Shown here piece after piece: positions 44,843 to 54,730 of a stretch of DNA of 64,000 nt (the stretch's first letter is position 1; each line of letters begins with the position of its first letter). The position numbers and the translations under genes were made by a program. Origin of the DNA: an uncultured virus (IMG/VR IMGVR_UViG_3300025305_000013) (taxonomy: Duplodnaviria; Heunggongvirae; Uroviricota; Caudoviricetes); IMG/VR virus record IMGVR_UViG_3300025305_000013. One strand, given 5' to 3'. The notes below the pieces were generated by a model, which saw only the letters and a program-made list of their open reading frames with translations, was not told the origin of the DNA and did no database searches.

Positions 44843-45532
44843 CTACGCCGCTAGGTCGGTATCCCAACAATTTAAATTAGAGGCAATAGTTCTTCTTTCT
44901 CCATCGCCCTTGAAAGGATAAACCATGTGCTGAAGCCAGCTTGGAAAGACCAAAAGTTTTCCTACCTCTGGTTTCATAACAAAAGACTGAGGAGGTCTGA
45001 GCCTATCTGTATTCATTAGCTCGTTTCTCCCATACTGAAATGCTATATAGCCGTCGCAATCACCAGAAGTGTTATACAGAGAATAATTGGGCGACCCCGC
45101 AGTCGGCTGATCTAATATTTGCTGGGGAACTTTTGTCCAGCCCGTAGTAGATATCCCCATAATTGTTTTAGTGCCGTGGTCGTGTATCGGGTTGTAGTCG
45201 CCTTCGTAACTATGAACTGACCATGTTTCATCAATCGACACGGCTTTTGGTGATTTAAGCTGTGTTCCGGTATTTTCACAAAAAAAGTTTACATAATCAG
45301 CCCCAAGGCTAGTTATAAACTCTGTGTATTCTTTAACTCTGGAATCATCATTGTCGATAAGAAGTTGCTCACCCTGAGCTATTTGCCCCACCAAAGTATC
45401 GGCCAATGACTTTTTATTTATGTCTTCCCTGTACTCGTCAAGGTAGTCATTTAGGTCATTAACCATGCTTTCAGGCATTTCTGTCTCCATGACAAAAACA
45501 CTAGGCATGTTATGTACCGTTACTTCAGCCAT
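44843..45532 (-). CDS. 2OG-Fe(II) oxygenase
   Basis: W.V....GDYNPIHDH, P.VG.L.VFPSWLQHMVYPF, ERR. Confidence 0.85.
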   Translation of the reverse strand: MAEVTVHNMPSVFVMETEMPESMVNDLNDYLDEYREDINKKSLADTLVGQIAQGEQLLIDNDDSRVKEYTEFITSLGADYVNFFCENTGTQLKSPKAVSIDETWSVHSYEGDYNPIHDHGTKTIMGISTTGWTKVPQQILDQPTAGSPNYSLYNTSGDCDGYIAFQYGRNELMNTDRLRPPQSFVMKPEVGKLLVFPSWLQHMVYPFKGDGERRTIASNLNCWDTDLAA

Positions 45533-45861
45533 TAGCTAGGAATCGTGTAGCTTGTATCTGGCACAGGATTCGACGGTGGGCTGGTAATCACGCTGTCCAC
45601 TTGACTGGCAAACACCGCGTCCCAATGGCTCGTCGGACAAAGCGCCTCTAGCTCGGATTTAGTCCAGCTACCTTTAGCCTTCTTAGCAAAGACCGTAGCG
45701 CCGTCATCATCTACATTATTAACATTTGTAGAAAACGTGCCGGTGTAGTACGTCGAATCGCCTTCACTGTCGTTCTCGTAAGTCATTTCCAAGTCCCACC
45801 TTTCCACCTTGCTCGACTTAACGTGAGGTACAGCGGAAGTAAGTGTTTTCGTTACTGCCAT
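45532..45861 (-). CDS. hypothetical protein, tail-fibre associated
   Basis: 109 aa immediately after fibre, AAGGAG RBS. Confidence 0.6.
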   Translation of the reverse strand: MAVTKTLTSAVPHVKSSKVERWDLEMTYENDSEGDSTYYTGTFSTNVNNVDDDGATVFAKKAKGSWTKSELEALCPTSHWDAVFASQVDSVITSPPSNPVPDTSYTIPS

Positions 45862-45862
45862 C

Positions 45863-48334
45863 TTAATCTCCTTGACATTTACATTTGGGCTGCGCTTTCA
45901 AATCCTCTACTTCAGCCGATAGCTCTTGAACAGCATTAACCAGCATAGGTACAAATTTGTTGTATTTAAGCCCATACATTTTCCCGTCATTACTGAGACT
46001 GGAAATCAAATTACTTTTTTCTTCGCTGCTGAATCCGTAATTTTTTTCCAGTTCATTTACATCTTGGGCAAGAAATCCAACGTCAAGCTGCTCACTCTTG
46101 TATTGCCCATCAGGAGCAATGTCTTGATCCTTGCTATAGTGACTACGCTTATCCCAACGATAAGTGACAGGCTTCAGTTGGTTGACAAAACTCAATCCAG
46201 AATTCAACTCTGAAATATCTGTTTTATCTCTACCATCAGAGGCAACTGTCCAATCTACCTGAATATGTGCATGAGTGATGTTTTCATCACCAAGACAAAT
46301 TTGGTTGTTTCCTGTAGTAACCGCACCGCCCGGAGAGCTTGCAATTCCTGCATCCCTGCCCAAACAAAGATTGTTATCGCCTGATGTAATAGACTTTCCG
46401 GCATCTTTGCCCACACCAGTATTGCTGTCTCCTGTGGTGGCTTCTAAGGCGTTCTTGCCAACTCCAACATTGTTATCGCCCTCAGTGTTGGTCTTTAAGG
46501 AAGATTCTCCTACGCTGACATTACCAGCGCCAGTTGTGTTCGATGACCCGGACACATACCCGACTGCCGTGTTGTTATTTGCGGTCGTGTTTGCTGATAA
46601 AGCCTCCCTTCCCACAGCAGTATTGTTACTTCCGGTGGTATTTGCGTCTAGAGCTATATAGCCCACTGCAACATTGCTGCCGCCTGTGGTAGCAGCCGCC
46701 ATTGCTGAAGTCCCCACTCCCACGTTTTCTGCGCCCGTAGTAATCGCAGTTCCTGCCGACTTACCTACCATTGTGTTGGCTGTCGCTGTAGTTGCGGTAC
46801 TCAGGGCCGCGTCCCCCACAGCAACATTTTGGTTGCCTGTTGTATTCGCGTCCAAGGCTAACGCCCCCACTGCAACATTTTCTGCGCCTGTGGTGTTTGC
46901 AATCATCGCATCCTTGCCCACAGCAGTGTTGCGGCTTGCGGTAGTGTTTGCCGCTAAAACACTTACTCCGACTGCTACATTGTTAGCGCCTGTGGTATTG
47001 GCGGTTAATGCGTCCATGCCCACTGCGGTGTTGTCACTTGCGGCATTACTACCACCTGACAAAGCGTTATAACCTACTGCGGTGTTATTTGATTGCGTAG
47101 TAATTGCTTGTAATGTGGCTCTACCAAGAGCAGTGTTTTTTGCGCCAGTTGTGTTTGCACTTAGTGCTTTTTCTCCAACAGCAGTTATATAATTTGCGGT
47201 TGTGTTAGCGTCTAATGCTAAATAGCCAACAGCTACGTTAGAAGCACCTGTGGTGTTGGCAGCTAATGCACTTTTGCCAACAGCAGTATTTGCTGCTCCG
47301 GTAGAATTAACCAGCAAAGCACTGGCACCCACGGCAGTGTTATGATCGGCTGTTGTCGTAGCCCCTCCAGCGTTGTCACCGACAAAGGTATTTGTGCTTC
47401 CAGTCGTTACAGCATCCCCGGCTGCATAGCCCACGGCTGTATTGTCTGTGCCAGAGCTATTAGCCGTTAAAGCAAATGCCCCCACCGCAGTATTATCGGC
47501 TGCGGTGGTCGCTACCAATAAGGCGCTAGACCCCAAAGCGGTATTATTTCCACCAGTAGTTACGGCTCCGCCTGCGTTATCACCGATCAGCGTGTTGTCT
47601 GAACCAGTTGTAACAGCATCCCCGGCTGCGTGACCCACCGCTACATTATCTGTACCAGAAGTATTAGCTGTAAGCGCCTCCGTACCAACTGCTACGTTAT
47701 TATTTGCCGTGGTCGCAACCAGCAGAGCGCCAGAGCCAATGGCTACGTTGTTTCCACCCGTTGTCAGAGCGCCACCAGCGTTGTCTCCGACAGCGGTGTT
47801 GTCGGAACCCGTAGTCACTGCATCAAGCGAGGCTTCACCTATGGCAACGTTATCCGTTCCGGTCGTTAAAGCTGTGCCTAAATTGCCGCTACCCAGTCCT
47901 ACGTTACCCGTGCCGCCCGTCATGTCCAAGACATCGGTAACTGCGGCTCCTGCACCTGCGCCATCAGCTACAACCATCTTGATGCTGCCATTCGGGATAA
48001 CAACATTAGCCCCGGTTCCTTGGCTAAGAGTTACTGTGTTTCCAGCAGAGTTTTGAACTACCCAGACATTACTTAATGTATTGGGAGCCAATGTGACCGT
48101 GCAAGCCTGAGATAAAGAACCAGTCAAAGTTAACGCCGTAGAGCGAAAAGCATCACTTGCGCCGTCCGCCATAGTAATGGTTGCGGTACTGGCATCTGAA
48201 AGAGCTTCTGACCCAGAGCCGAATTTTTCAGAAATTAACTCAAGATTTGTATTTGTTGTTGTTCCCCAAGTTCCCGAGGCGTCACCAGTCGCCATCTCGT
48301 TGAGTCTAAGGTCATTCACATATGTACTTGCCAT
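45863..48334 (-). CDS. tail fibre with beta-helix repeats and C-terminal S74 intramolecular chaperone
   Basis: Many 14-aa NTAVG..AL.ANTTG units; SDGRDKTDI, L.PV.Y.W, GFLAQD, Y...VP.LV.AVQEL. Confidence 0.88.
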   Translation of the reverse strand: MASTYVNDLRLNEMATGDASGTWGTTTNTNLELISEKFGSGSEALSDASTATITMADGASDAFRSTALTLTGSLSQACTVTLAPNTLSNVWVVQNSAGNTVTLSQGTGANVVIPNGSIKMVVADGAGAGAAVTDVLDMTGGTGNVGLGSGNLGTALTTGTDNVAIGEASLDAVTTGSDNTAVGDNAGGALTTGGNNVAIGSGALLVATTANNNVAVGTEALTANTSGTDNVAVGHAAGDAVTTGSDNTLIGDNAGGAVTTGGNNTALGSSALLVATTAADNTAVGAFALTANSSGTDNTAVGYAAGDAVTTGSTNTFVGDNAGGATTTADHNTAVGASALLVNSTGAANTAVGKSALAANTTGASNVAVGYLALDANTTANYITAVGEKALSANTTGAKNTALGRATLQAITTQSNNTAVGYNALSGGSNAASDNTAVGMDALTANTTGANNVAVGVSVLAANTTASRNTAVGKDAMIANTTGAENVAVGALALDANTTGNQNVAVGDAALSTATTATANTMVGKSAGTAITTGAENVGVGTSAMAAATTGGSNVAVGYIALDANTTGSNNTAVGREALSANTTANNNTAVGYVSGSSNTTGAGNVSVGESSLKTNTEGDNNVGVGKNALEATTGDSNTGVGKDAGKSITSGDNNLCLGRDAGIASSPGGAVTTGNNQICLGDENITHAHIQVDWTVASDGRDKTDISELNSGLSFVNQLKPVTYRWDKRSHYSKDQDIAPDGQYKSEQLDVGFLAQDVNELEKNYGFSSEEKSNLISSLSNDGKMYGLKYNKFVPMLVNAVQELSAEVEDLKAQPKCKCQGD

Positions 48335-48400
48335 ATTAATCCTCTTCTAATCAGATTAATTATTGTTCTCAGATTATATTATACTTTTTTTATTCAATAA

Positions 48401-49195
48401 TTAAGCTACTTCTTTCCATTTTGAATCTTGAGAATCGCTTACACCTGTCCAACTTGGGCTTTGAGAATCGCTTACACCTGTCCAACTTGGGCTTTGAGAA
48501 TCGCTTACACCTGTCCAACTTGGGCTTTGAGAATCATCTATTATCCCCCAAACTAGAATATTTGGAGTTCCTGCAGTTGCTGCTAAACCTGTTAAAGTTA
48601 CAGTTGCCTTGCTGATAGTGGAAACAGTACCTAAACTTCCTGTACAAGAAATACCATCAACTTCAACCCGTTCATTATGGTATACTGTAACACTACCAAC
48701 CGAGCCAGTAACACTCAGGCCAGTTACCGAAACATTTGCTTCGCCGTCTACATCAACAGAAACTGCCCCAAGAGTTCCCACCATAGTGGGCAGAACTGCT
48801 ATGGCTTGTGCATTAACGGCTACAACAGGTGTTGCTGTAGTTCCTGCCACCCCTGATACTGACACATTAGCTGCGGCATCAACAGTGGGTGTTCCTAATG
48901 CACTTGTGCCTACCTGAGTTGCTAAAGTTACATTAGCTGCGGCATCAACAGTGGGTGTTCCTAATGCACTTGTGCCTGCTAAACCTGATACGGATATATT
49001 GGCTTCACAATCAAAAGTAGGAGTACCTACAGCTCCAGTGCCTACTTGTGTGGATAGGGTTACATTGGCTTCGGCAACAACACTAACAGAGCCAACTGAC
49101 CCTGTAGCTGAAAGACCTGTGAGTACAACGGGGTTGGGTTCACCCCAAGTATCTGATCCCCAAGTGCCTCGACCCCAACCAGTGATCGCTGCCAT
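48401..49195 (-). CDS. virion structural protein with internal repeats
   Basis: GWGRGTWGSDTWG N-terminus; V/T/G-rich 22-aa repeats. Confidence 0.7.
   Translation of the reverse strand: MAAITGWGRGTWGSDTWGEPNPVVLTGLSATGSVGSVSVVAEANVTLSTQVGTGAVGTPTFDCEANISVSGLAGTSALGTPTVDAAANVTLATQVGTSALGTPTVDAAANVSVSGVAGTTATPVVAVNAQAIAVLPTMVGTLGAVSVDVDGEANVSVTGLSVTGSVGSVTVYHNERVEVDGISCTGSLGTVSTISKATVTLTGLAATAGTPNILVWGIIDDSQSPSWTGVSDSQSPSWTGVSDSQSPSWTGVSDSQDSKWKEVA
48428..48535. repeat. perfect 33-bp tandem repeat x3
   Basis: TTGAGAATCGCTTACACCTGTCCAACTTGGGCT x3, encodes SQSPSWTGVSD on minus strand. Confidence 0.92.
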
Positions 49196-49202
49196 GGTGA
49201 AT

Positions 49203-49631
49203 TTACGCTATTCTTATAATAGCTGTGCTCGCGGCAGCGGCGGGGAAAACTATGGTGAAATCTCCACCGGTGGATGTCTTATCTCCACCAAAATCAATAG
49301 TCGCAACTGATTTATTTGAATCACTCGAATTATAGATCAAGCATCCTCTTGCAGTAACTGTCGCTGTGCCAAAAGTAAGATCTGCAAAATCTGTAAACCC
49401 TGTTGTACCTGAACTTGTTGGGTCCACTCTTGTTAAATTGGCGCCACCTGCTGTGTAATTAGTTCCACTAACTTGATTAGTAGTGGCATATGCAGTTGTA
49501 GTAGCTCCCATTGTAGCAGAGCTTGTATATAATGCTAATTTAAATGTGTCCCCTCCAGAATTTTTAAAATTATGGACAGCTTCCAATAATTCCTTCTTAA
49601 AACTGGTTGTAAGGGTTGAAGTTATAGCCAT
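49203..49631 (-). CDS. virion structural (tail) protein
   Basis: SFKKELL..H.F, FKLALY, YTAGG, TARG.LIYN, DFGGDK, FTI.FP, AIIRIA. Confidence 0.7.
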   Translation of the reverse strand: MAITSTLTTSFKKELLEAVHNFKNSGGDTFKLALYTSSATMGATTTAYATTNQVSGTNYTAGGANLTRVDPTSSGTTGFTDFADLTFGTATVTARGCLIYNSSDSNKSVATIDFGGDKTSTGGDFTIVFPAAAASTAIIRIA

Positions 49632-49632
49632 C

Positions 49633-49926
49633 TCATGCAAACTCCTTCAATATTTTTGCTAAATCTTCATGACCTTGTTTCTTTAGAAGATTTTTCATTG
49701 TGCACCTTTCACTATTGATGCTCTGCTTCATATAATAAAGTATTGTGTTATAAATGGCTAATTGATACTCTTGTGCTTGTTGTCTTATATGTGGTGCAGC
49801 GTCTTTAGAAATACCGCAAATTTTTTCTGTGCATCTTTTAGACCAAAATTCCAGAGAATGGCCTTCATGATTTGTGGTGGAAACTTCTATCTTTCCTAAA
49901 GAAACTTTTGTGTCAATTTCTATCAT
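49633..49926 (-). CDS. hypothetical protein
   Basis: 97 aa coupled in operon. Confidence 0.65.
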   Translation of the reverse strand: MIEIDTKVSLGKIEVSTTNHEGHSLEFWSKRCTEKICGISKDAAPHIRQQAQEYQLAIYNTILYYMKQSINSERCTMKNLLKKQGHEDLAKILKEFA

Positions 49927-50663
49927 CAGTACCTTTTTGCTTCTGGTGGAGTATTCAAAATAGGGACTAATTCTGCATTTTTTCTATTCTCATCTTCCAC
50001 TGCTTTTGTATATTCTTTATAGCCAATCTTATAAAATTCTTCAGTTTTGGGGTCAAACATAACTAAAGGCGGGTTATCTAAACGATGATACCCATAAACT
50101 TTATCTTGAAGAGGTACATCAGTATCTAATAGACCAGATCTAGGGGCAACACTAACGACTATTCCCGCTGATATACACTTTGATAACCAAAATTCTACAC
50201 AAGCTCTACCTGATTCAGCAAAGTGAAGATTACCCTTATAAGTAAAATCGACCCCAAACATGTTAATTCTACCAACTTTATTATACATAGCAAAGGCAAT
50301 GGCAAAACAAACTGTGTTGTTTAGATAAGAAGAGCCAGTTTCTTTGACAACTTCTAAAAGAGGAAATTCTACTAAATTAGTGCACCGATCATCTAATTCA
50401 CATGTATAGATTGGTCCAGGATGAGATTTTAATATTTTTCTCATCAATCCTGTTTGAGTTCCTGCTGCGTCTGAATCAAGAAACCTAGTGGCAGGATCTA
50501 ACATAAAAGTTCTATCTACTTCTCTAACAACCCCCGCCATGGCATTAATTGCCCAAACTTCATCGAATTGATTACTGTGTGATATTGATAGATGAAAGTC
50601 TAACTGACTTTCTCCCATAGCGACGATGGCGATATTCGCCCCGTCGAGTTTTTCTATTTTCAT
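49926..50663 (-). CDS. Rossmann-like protein, possible sialyltransferase/Maf-like glycosyltransferase
   Basis: IAIVAMG.S, EVWAIN, NTV..AIA.A, I..FGVDF motifs. Confidence 0.5.
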   Translation of the reverse strand: MKIEKLDGANIAIVAMGESQLDFHLSISHSNQFDEVWAINAMAGVVREVDRTFMLDPATRFLDSDAAGTQTGLMRKILKSHPGPIYTCELDDRCTNLVEFPLLEVVKETGSSYLNNTVCFAIAFAMYNKVGRINMFGVDFTYKGNLHFAESGRACVEFWLSKCISAGIVVSVAPRSGLLDTDVPLQDKVYGYHRLDNPPLVMFDPKTEEFYKIGYKEYTKAVEDENRKNAELVPILNTPPEAKRY

Positions 50664-51310
50664 GCCTGTGGCGTTCTCCTTACTTGGTCATATCTATATT
50701 GATCTCGGGTAGATTTACCTTCCCCAAGATTTTTCATCAAGGCGAGAGCCTCTTGAAATCTTGTTTCATAGATTGGTATAATCTCATAATTTTTTAAATA
50801 CACCATAGCTTCTGTTAAGCTGCCATATAATATTGCATTTGGAGCATTGGTAGATAGCCAAGTTGTACCTGAGTCACCTGCCGAAGTAAGGGATGAGGGT
50901 CTATAAAAATAGTGCAACTCAAAAGTATAGTTTGAATTTGGCGTGGGAGCCAATATGAAGGTATCTTCATCAAACTCTGCGTAATACTTTGGTTCTCCCG
51001 TAGTGGAAGATGCGGGTGTGTAGTCCCGAATAAAACTTGGGTGCTTTAATTTAAGGTAGTTATAGTTTGAATCACTATCTATTACCGCTAAACTAAAGGG
51101 AGAAAGGAAGTCCGTAGGAGCTCCTAGATATGCAGTACTTGCTGTTCCTGTTCCTGTCACATTTTTGATAAAATCGTCTAGTTGAACGGCTTTTAAAACA
51201 CGCTCTTCTGTCGTTTTTATAAAATCATCTAAATGTGTAACAAAAGTAGATTCAGTAGACTGAGAATAGTCCTGAATTGCAGTTTTTAGTGTAGAATATG
51301 TCCAACTCAC
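50660..51310 (-). CDS. head-tail adaptor / tail tubular protein
   Basis: Y..LK.AI.DY, G.PKYYA, LAPTP, TWL..NAP..LYG.L.EA. Confidence 0.7.
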   Translation of the reverse strand: MSWTYSTLKTAIQDYSQSTESTFVTHLDDFIKTTEERVLKAVQLDDFIKNVTGTGTASTAYLGAPTDFLSPFSLAVIDSDSNYNYLKLKHPSFIRDYTPASSTTGEPKYYAEFDEDTFILAPTPNSNYTFELHYFYRPSSLTSAGDSGTTWLSTNAPNAILYGSLTEAMVYLKNYEIIPIYETRFQEALALMKNLGEGKSTRDQYRYDQVRRTPQA

Positions 51311-51314
51311 GGTA

Positions 51315-51677
51315 CTACCCTATACTGACTGATATTGTTCCTAAACTTGCTGTAAGTTCATCCATATAGAAACTAGAACCAATAATATCGTTATGCGTGA
51401 TATCCATGGATAAACCTGTAACTCCGTCAGCGTTTTTAGTATTTCCTGATCTAACTATACCATACCCAGTAGTAGGAGCCAATTCTGTAGGTCGGGGTTG
51501 CTTCAGAGCTTCTGGATCAACAGGGAGTCTAGCAGGAGTTAATTGCGGTTGTTTTGGTTCATAACAATCGGGACAAACTTTTAGTCCGTTCCACTCCATT
51601 TTCATTTGCAAGTATTTATAGACAAAACCACATCTATCGCACTGAGCTTGAGAAAATTTACCTAGTGCATAAGCCAT
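51315..51677 (-). CDS. Zn-ribbon protein of the structural module
   Basis: CDRCGF, EWNGLKVCPDCYEPKQPQL, PEAL..PRP. Confidence 0.7.
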   Translation of the reverse strand: MAYALGKFSQAQCDRCGFVYKYLQMKMEWNGLKVCPDCYEPKQPQLTPARLPVDPEALKQPRPTELAPTTGYGIVRSGNTKNADGVTGLSMDITHNDIIGSSFYMDELTASLGTISVSIG

Positions 51678-52354
51678 TAGATATAGCTCCTGCTGGGTAC
51701 AAGATGTAGAGAAGTTCTACTACGATCTTCATCTGTAGCTAGTTTAAAATCTTGTTCATATTGCATCTTTAATAATTCAGCTTTTTCTGGATTCTTTTTT
51801 AAAGCAATGTAGTAAGATAACCCACTAGCCATGCAAGGCATAAACCTTGAAGGTATTTCAGGGTCTTGTGCAGATGCAGTCACATCATCTATGCGTTGGA
51901 TAGTATTAGCTACCAACCTATAGGTATATGTACTGTCTGGTGTTGGCCACAACTTAACAGTTGGGGTTGTTTGTCTATCTAAAAAGTACTGGGTAGGTCT
52001 TCCTGTAGAAGACTTATCGGGAATATTTAAATATTCTGCTCTGCCTATCCTTGTAAGCTGCAGATCTGTAGTATTTGAAGCAGAATCAATCTGGCGTATG
52101 ATTGCGGAAACTATGTCTAAATCATAGGAATTTAAAGTGTAGCTATTAGTCCCTGACGTTAGATTAGTTGTAACTTGCTCTATCGTCCAAAGATTAACAC
52201 CTCTATTAGACCAATCAGCGAACATTATATTTAATGAACGCCGAGCAGTTTCCGCATCATACCCCGTTCTTAATTCCAGACCAGCTAATTCATAGGCCTC
52301 TTCTATGGTATCTGCTATCGTTAGTGCAAATGTCTTGGTACCAGAAGTAGCCAT
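51677..52354 (-). CDS. adaptor / tail tubular protein A-like
   Basis: MATSGT, IEEAYE..G, ARRSLN...DW.NRG.NLWT, GRP.QY, LWPTP. Confidence 0.7.
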   Translation of the reverse strand: MATSGTKTFALTIADTIEEAYELAGLELRTGYDAETARRSLNIMFADWSNRGVNLWTIEQVTTNLTSGTNSYTLNSYDLDIVSAIIRQIDSASNTTDLQLTRIGRAEYLNIPDKSSTGRPTQYFLDRQTTPTVKLWPTPDSTYTYRLVANTIQRIDDVTASAQDPEIPSRFMPCMASGLSYYIALKKNPEKAELLKMQYEQDFKLATDEDRSRTSLHLVPSRSYI

Positions 52355-52359
52355 GCCCT

Positions 52360-52785
52360 CTATGATCCAGGAGCTTCATAATATTTTAAAAATTCACACC
52401 AAACCGTATACTCGTTTCCTGCATCAGAGGTGGAGGGTATTACAAGAAGTACATCTCCTGAATACCCTGATGCCGCTGTATTTTTTAGTCCACCAATCTC
52501 ACTAAAATCAAATGAATTATCATAAGATAAAGTGAGAAAAGTCACATCTGTAGTTGCGTCCCAATCTAAAGAAGCTGGGGCATCAGGTGCCCCACTACAG
52601 GTATACCAAACCTTATTTAAGGAAACATGAGCACAGGATTCACCAGTCATATCAGAAGCGTTCAAAGCTGAAACGTCTACTAGTGTAGTACTACTTGCGC
52701 TCCCATCTGAATAAACTGAACAATAAACAATTAACTTCCTTTCGCCATCAAGCTGATTAGTTGGACCTGTGACTGAATTAGCCAT
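52360..52785 (-). CDS. hypothetical virion protein
   Basis: 141 aa; VDVSAL, DF..IGGL.N motifs. Confidence 0.65.
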   Translation of the reverse strand: MANSVTGPTNQLDGERKLIVYCSVYSDGSASSTTLVDVSALNASDMTGESCAHVSLNKVWYTCSGAPDAPASLDWDATTDVTFLTLSYDNSFDFSEIGGLKNTAASGYSGDVLLVIPSTSDAGNEYTVWCEFLKYYEAPGS

Positions 52786-52795
52786 AGTTTACCCC

Positions 52796-53653
52796 CTATT
52801 CGTAGATTAATCTACTAATTGCTTGATGATGAACATCCAGGGCTTCTGCCGCTGCTGCTCCTGCTTCAATTCCAATATATGGGATTAAATTAATGTCGTT
52901 AGTTAAAGCTGCTGTCGGCGTTGTTCCTTTAGTTACTGCTGTGCCACCAGTACTGCCAGAAGTTGTCGTTACATTATACTGGATACCGTTAACAAAAATA
53001 GACGCTTTTCTATTAGAGTCAATTTTTATTGCTAGTCGGTATAATGTATTTGCTGCAACTGTTATAGGAAGAGCACTGATATAATCAGTTCCTCCAATAC
53101 TGTGAACAAAATGAAGCAATGTATAGTCCGTGAATGCTTCTGAATTTGTTGCGTCAGTTTGGAACTTGAAAAACGCTTGGTCAGCGTCTGTTGCAATTAA
53201 CTGATCATTAGTCAATTTGAGACCCGCCCAAATTTTCTGGTTATCAATCGCATTAGTCGAGATTGCACATTCCCACTCTACCTGATTTTCCGTTCCCCAA
53301 CCCGCACCAGTCCAAGCTGTTTGGTTAGTATCTAGATGAGGAAGAATAATCGATTGATCTTGGTCTGCGCCAGCTGTGGTTATTGTAAGACCAGCTCTAT
53401 CTGAGTCAAAAGTTACTAAAGCAGTGGTCATATTAGTGCCCAATACTTCAAAATCTAGATTATACGCAATAGCAATTGCTGCATTGAGTGCTGGTTTTTG
53501 ATTCCAATACTCGTCTAGATAGTAACGACGAGTATCTCGGGTAGAAACAGAACTACCTGAATTATCCGAAATTTCTCCTGTCGTTGAATTCTCACTTATT
53601 ACCTTAAAACCATTTCTAGACCTAACTGGTCCACTGAATGTTGAATTTGCCAT
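52796..53653 (-). CDS. virion protein (capsid fibre/decoration-like)
   Basis: MANSTFSGPVRS.NGF N-terminus typical of the gene after MCP; beta-rich body. Confidence 0.6.
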   Translation of the reverse strand: MANSTFSGPVRSRNGFKVISENSTTGEISDNSGSSVSTRDTRRYYLDEYWNQKPALNAAIAIAYNLDFEVLGTNMTTALVTFDSDRAGLTITTAGADQDQSIILPHLDTNQTAWTGAGWGTENQVEWECAISTNAIDNQKIWAGLKLTNDQLIATDADQAFFKFQTDATNSEAFTDYTLLHFVHSIGGTDYISALPITVAANTLYRLAIKIDSNRKASIFVNGIQYNVTTTSGSTGGTAVTKGTTPTAALTNDINLIPYIGIEAGAAAAEALDVHHQAISRLIYE

Positions 53654-53674
53654 AATTTCCTCCTTAAGGAAATA

Positions 53675-53717
53675 ATTCTATAGTCTTGGCTTTGTCTGCT
53701 AGGTCAGTCTATAGAAT
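53675..53717 (-). promoter_or_regulatory. stem-loop leader upstream of post-capsid gene
   Basis: ATTCTATAG stem enclosing ACTGACCTAGCAGACAAAGCCAAGA, just before AAGGAGG RBS. Confidence 0.45.
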
Positions 53718-53756
53718 AAATATACCCTAGGAATTTTATTCTATCGTACAGCCTAT

Positions 53757-53787
53757 AAAAAAGAAAGGGAGCCGAAGCTCCCTTTCT
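53757..53787 (-). terminator. rho-independent terminator after major capsid gene
   Basis: AGAAAGGGAGC-TTCG-GCTCCCTTTCT then T-run. Confidence 0.88.
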
Positions 53788-53808
53788 ACACGATTTGAGA
53801 ATCGTATT

Positions 53809-54717
53809 TTAGGCACCTGGAGAACCGTAAACACCTCTCCAATCCGACCAACCAAAGCTGTATCTTTCTCTCGCTTTGTACCGAACATTACCGGTTTCGA
53901 AGTCTCCTTCCATACCAGTGCTCATAGCAGCTCTTTCGAAATGCTTCATGCCGTTAGGTGCATCAGTTTTGATAAAGAATGCATCTGTGTCGGTTAGATA
54001 ATGGTTAACCGTATAGCCTTCTGGCAACATCCCCATATTTCTTACAGCGTTGATGTCGTTATCTGAAGTACCGACTCTGCCAGGAGAGTTTAGAATCCTG
54101 TCAGCCACAAATTGTAATTGCGGAGGTACAACCAGTTTTCTGGCTTGTACGTTCACCTTAATACCCCTTTCATCTTTTATTCCAGAGATATCAATTAAGG
54201 CGTTTTCCAACGAAGTTTCGTTCAAGTCTGCAGCAGTGCTTGGCTCATTTTTCTGATCTCCAGCTGTCAAAGTTGGATGGTCAGTAGTCATAAGTGGCTT
54301 ACCGTCGCCTCCTGGATAGGAAGTTGAGAAACCATTATTAAGCACGTTTGCAGCTTTTACTTGCTTCGTATTTGCCATTGATCTAGCTAAAGCTCTAGTA
54401 TATCTAGAAGAAAGCGTATCGTAGAGATTATCTTCGATTGCCTCTTCTGTCAATGCAAAGGCCAAAGCTATAGTTTCATGGGTGTAACGAGATGTGAAGG
54501 TTTCTTGTGCTGTATCATAGCTTACCGCCGCACCTTCTCCTTTAGTAGGAGCTTGTGCAAAGCCAGATAGCATCACTTCTTCCTCAAACGCTCTATCTGA
54601 AGTTTCTGTATCAAAAATTTCAGAATGCTCATTCTCGTAACGATTATACTCAAGACCAAAAAGTGCGTTCAGTCCTGGCTCGAGTTCTTTTACTAATTGA
54701 GCTCTGTTAATTGCCAT
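53809..54717 (-). CDS. major capsid protein (Mu gpT-like HK97 fold)
   Basis: MAINRAQLVKELEPGLNALFG, S.RAFEEEVM, DFETGN.RYKARERYSFGWSDWRG. Confidence 0.9.
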   Translation of the reverse strand: MAINRAQLVKELEPGLNALFGLEYNRYENEHSEIFDTETSDRAFEEEVMLSGFAQAPTKGEGAAVSYDTAQETFTSRYTHETIALAFALTEEAIEDNLYDTLSSRYTRALARSMANTKQVKAANVLNNGFSTSYPGGDGKPLMTTDHPTLTAGDQKNEPSTAADLNETSLENALIDISGIKDERGIKVNVQARKLVVPPQLQFVADRILNSPGRVGTSDNDINAVRNMGMLPEGYTVNHYLTDTDAFFIKTDAPNGMKHFERAAMSTGMEGDFETGNVRYKARERYSFGWSDWRGVYGSPGA

Positions 54718-54730
54718 TTCTAATCACCCC

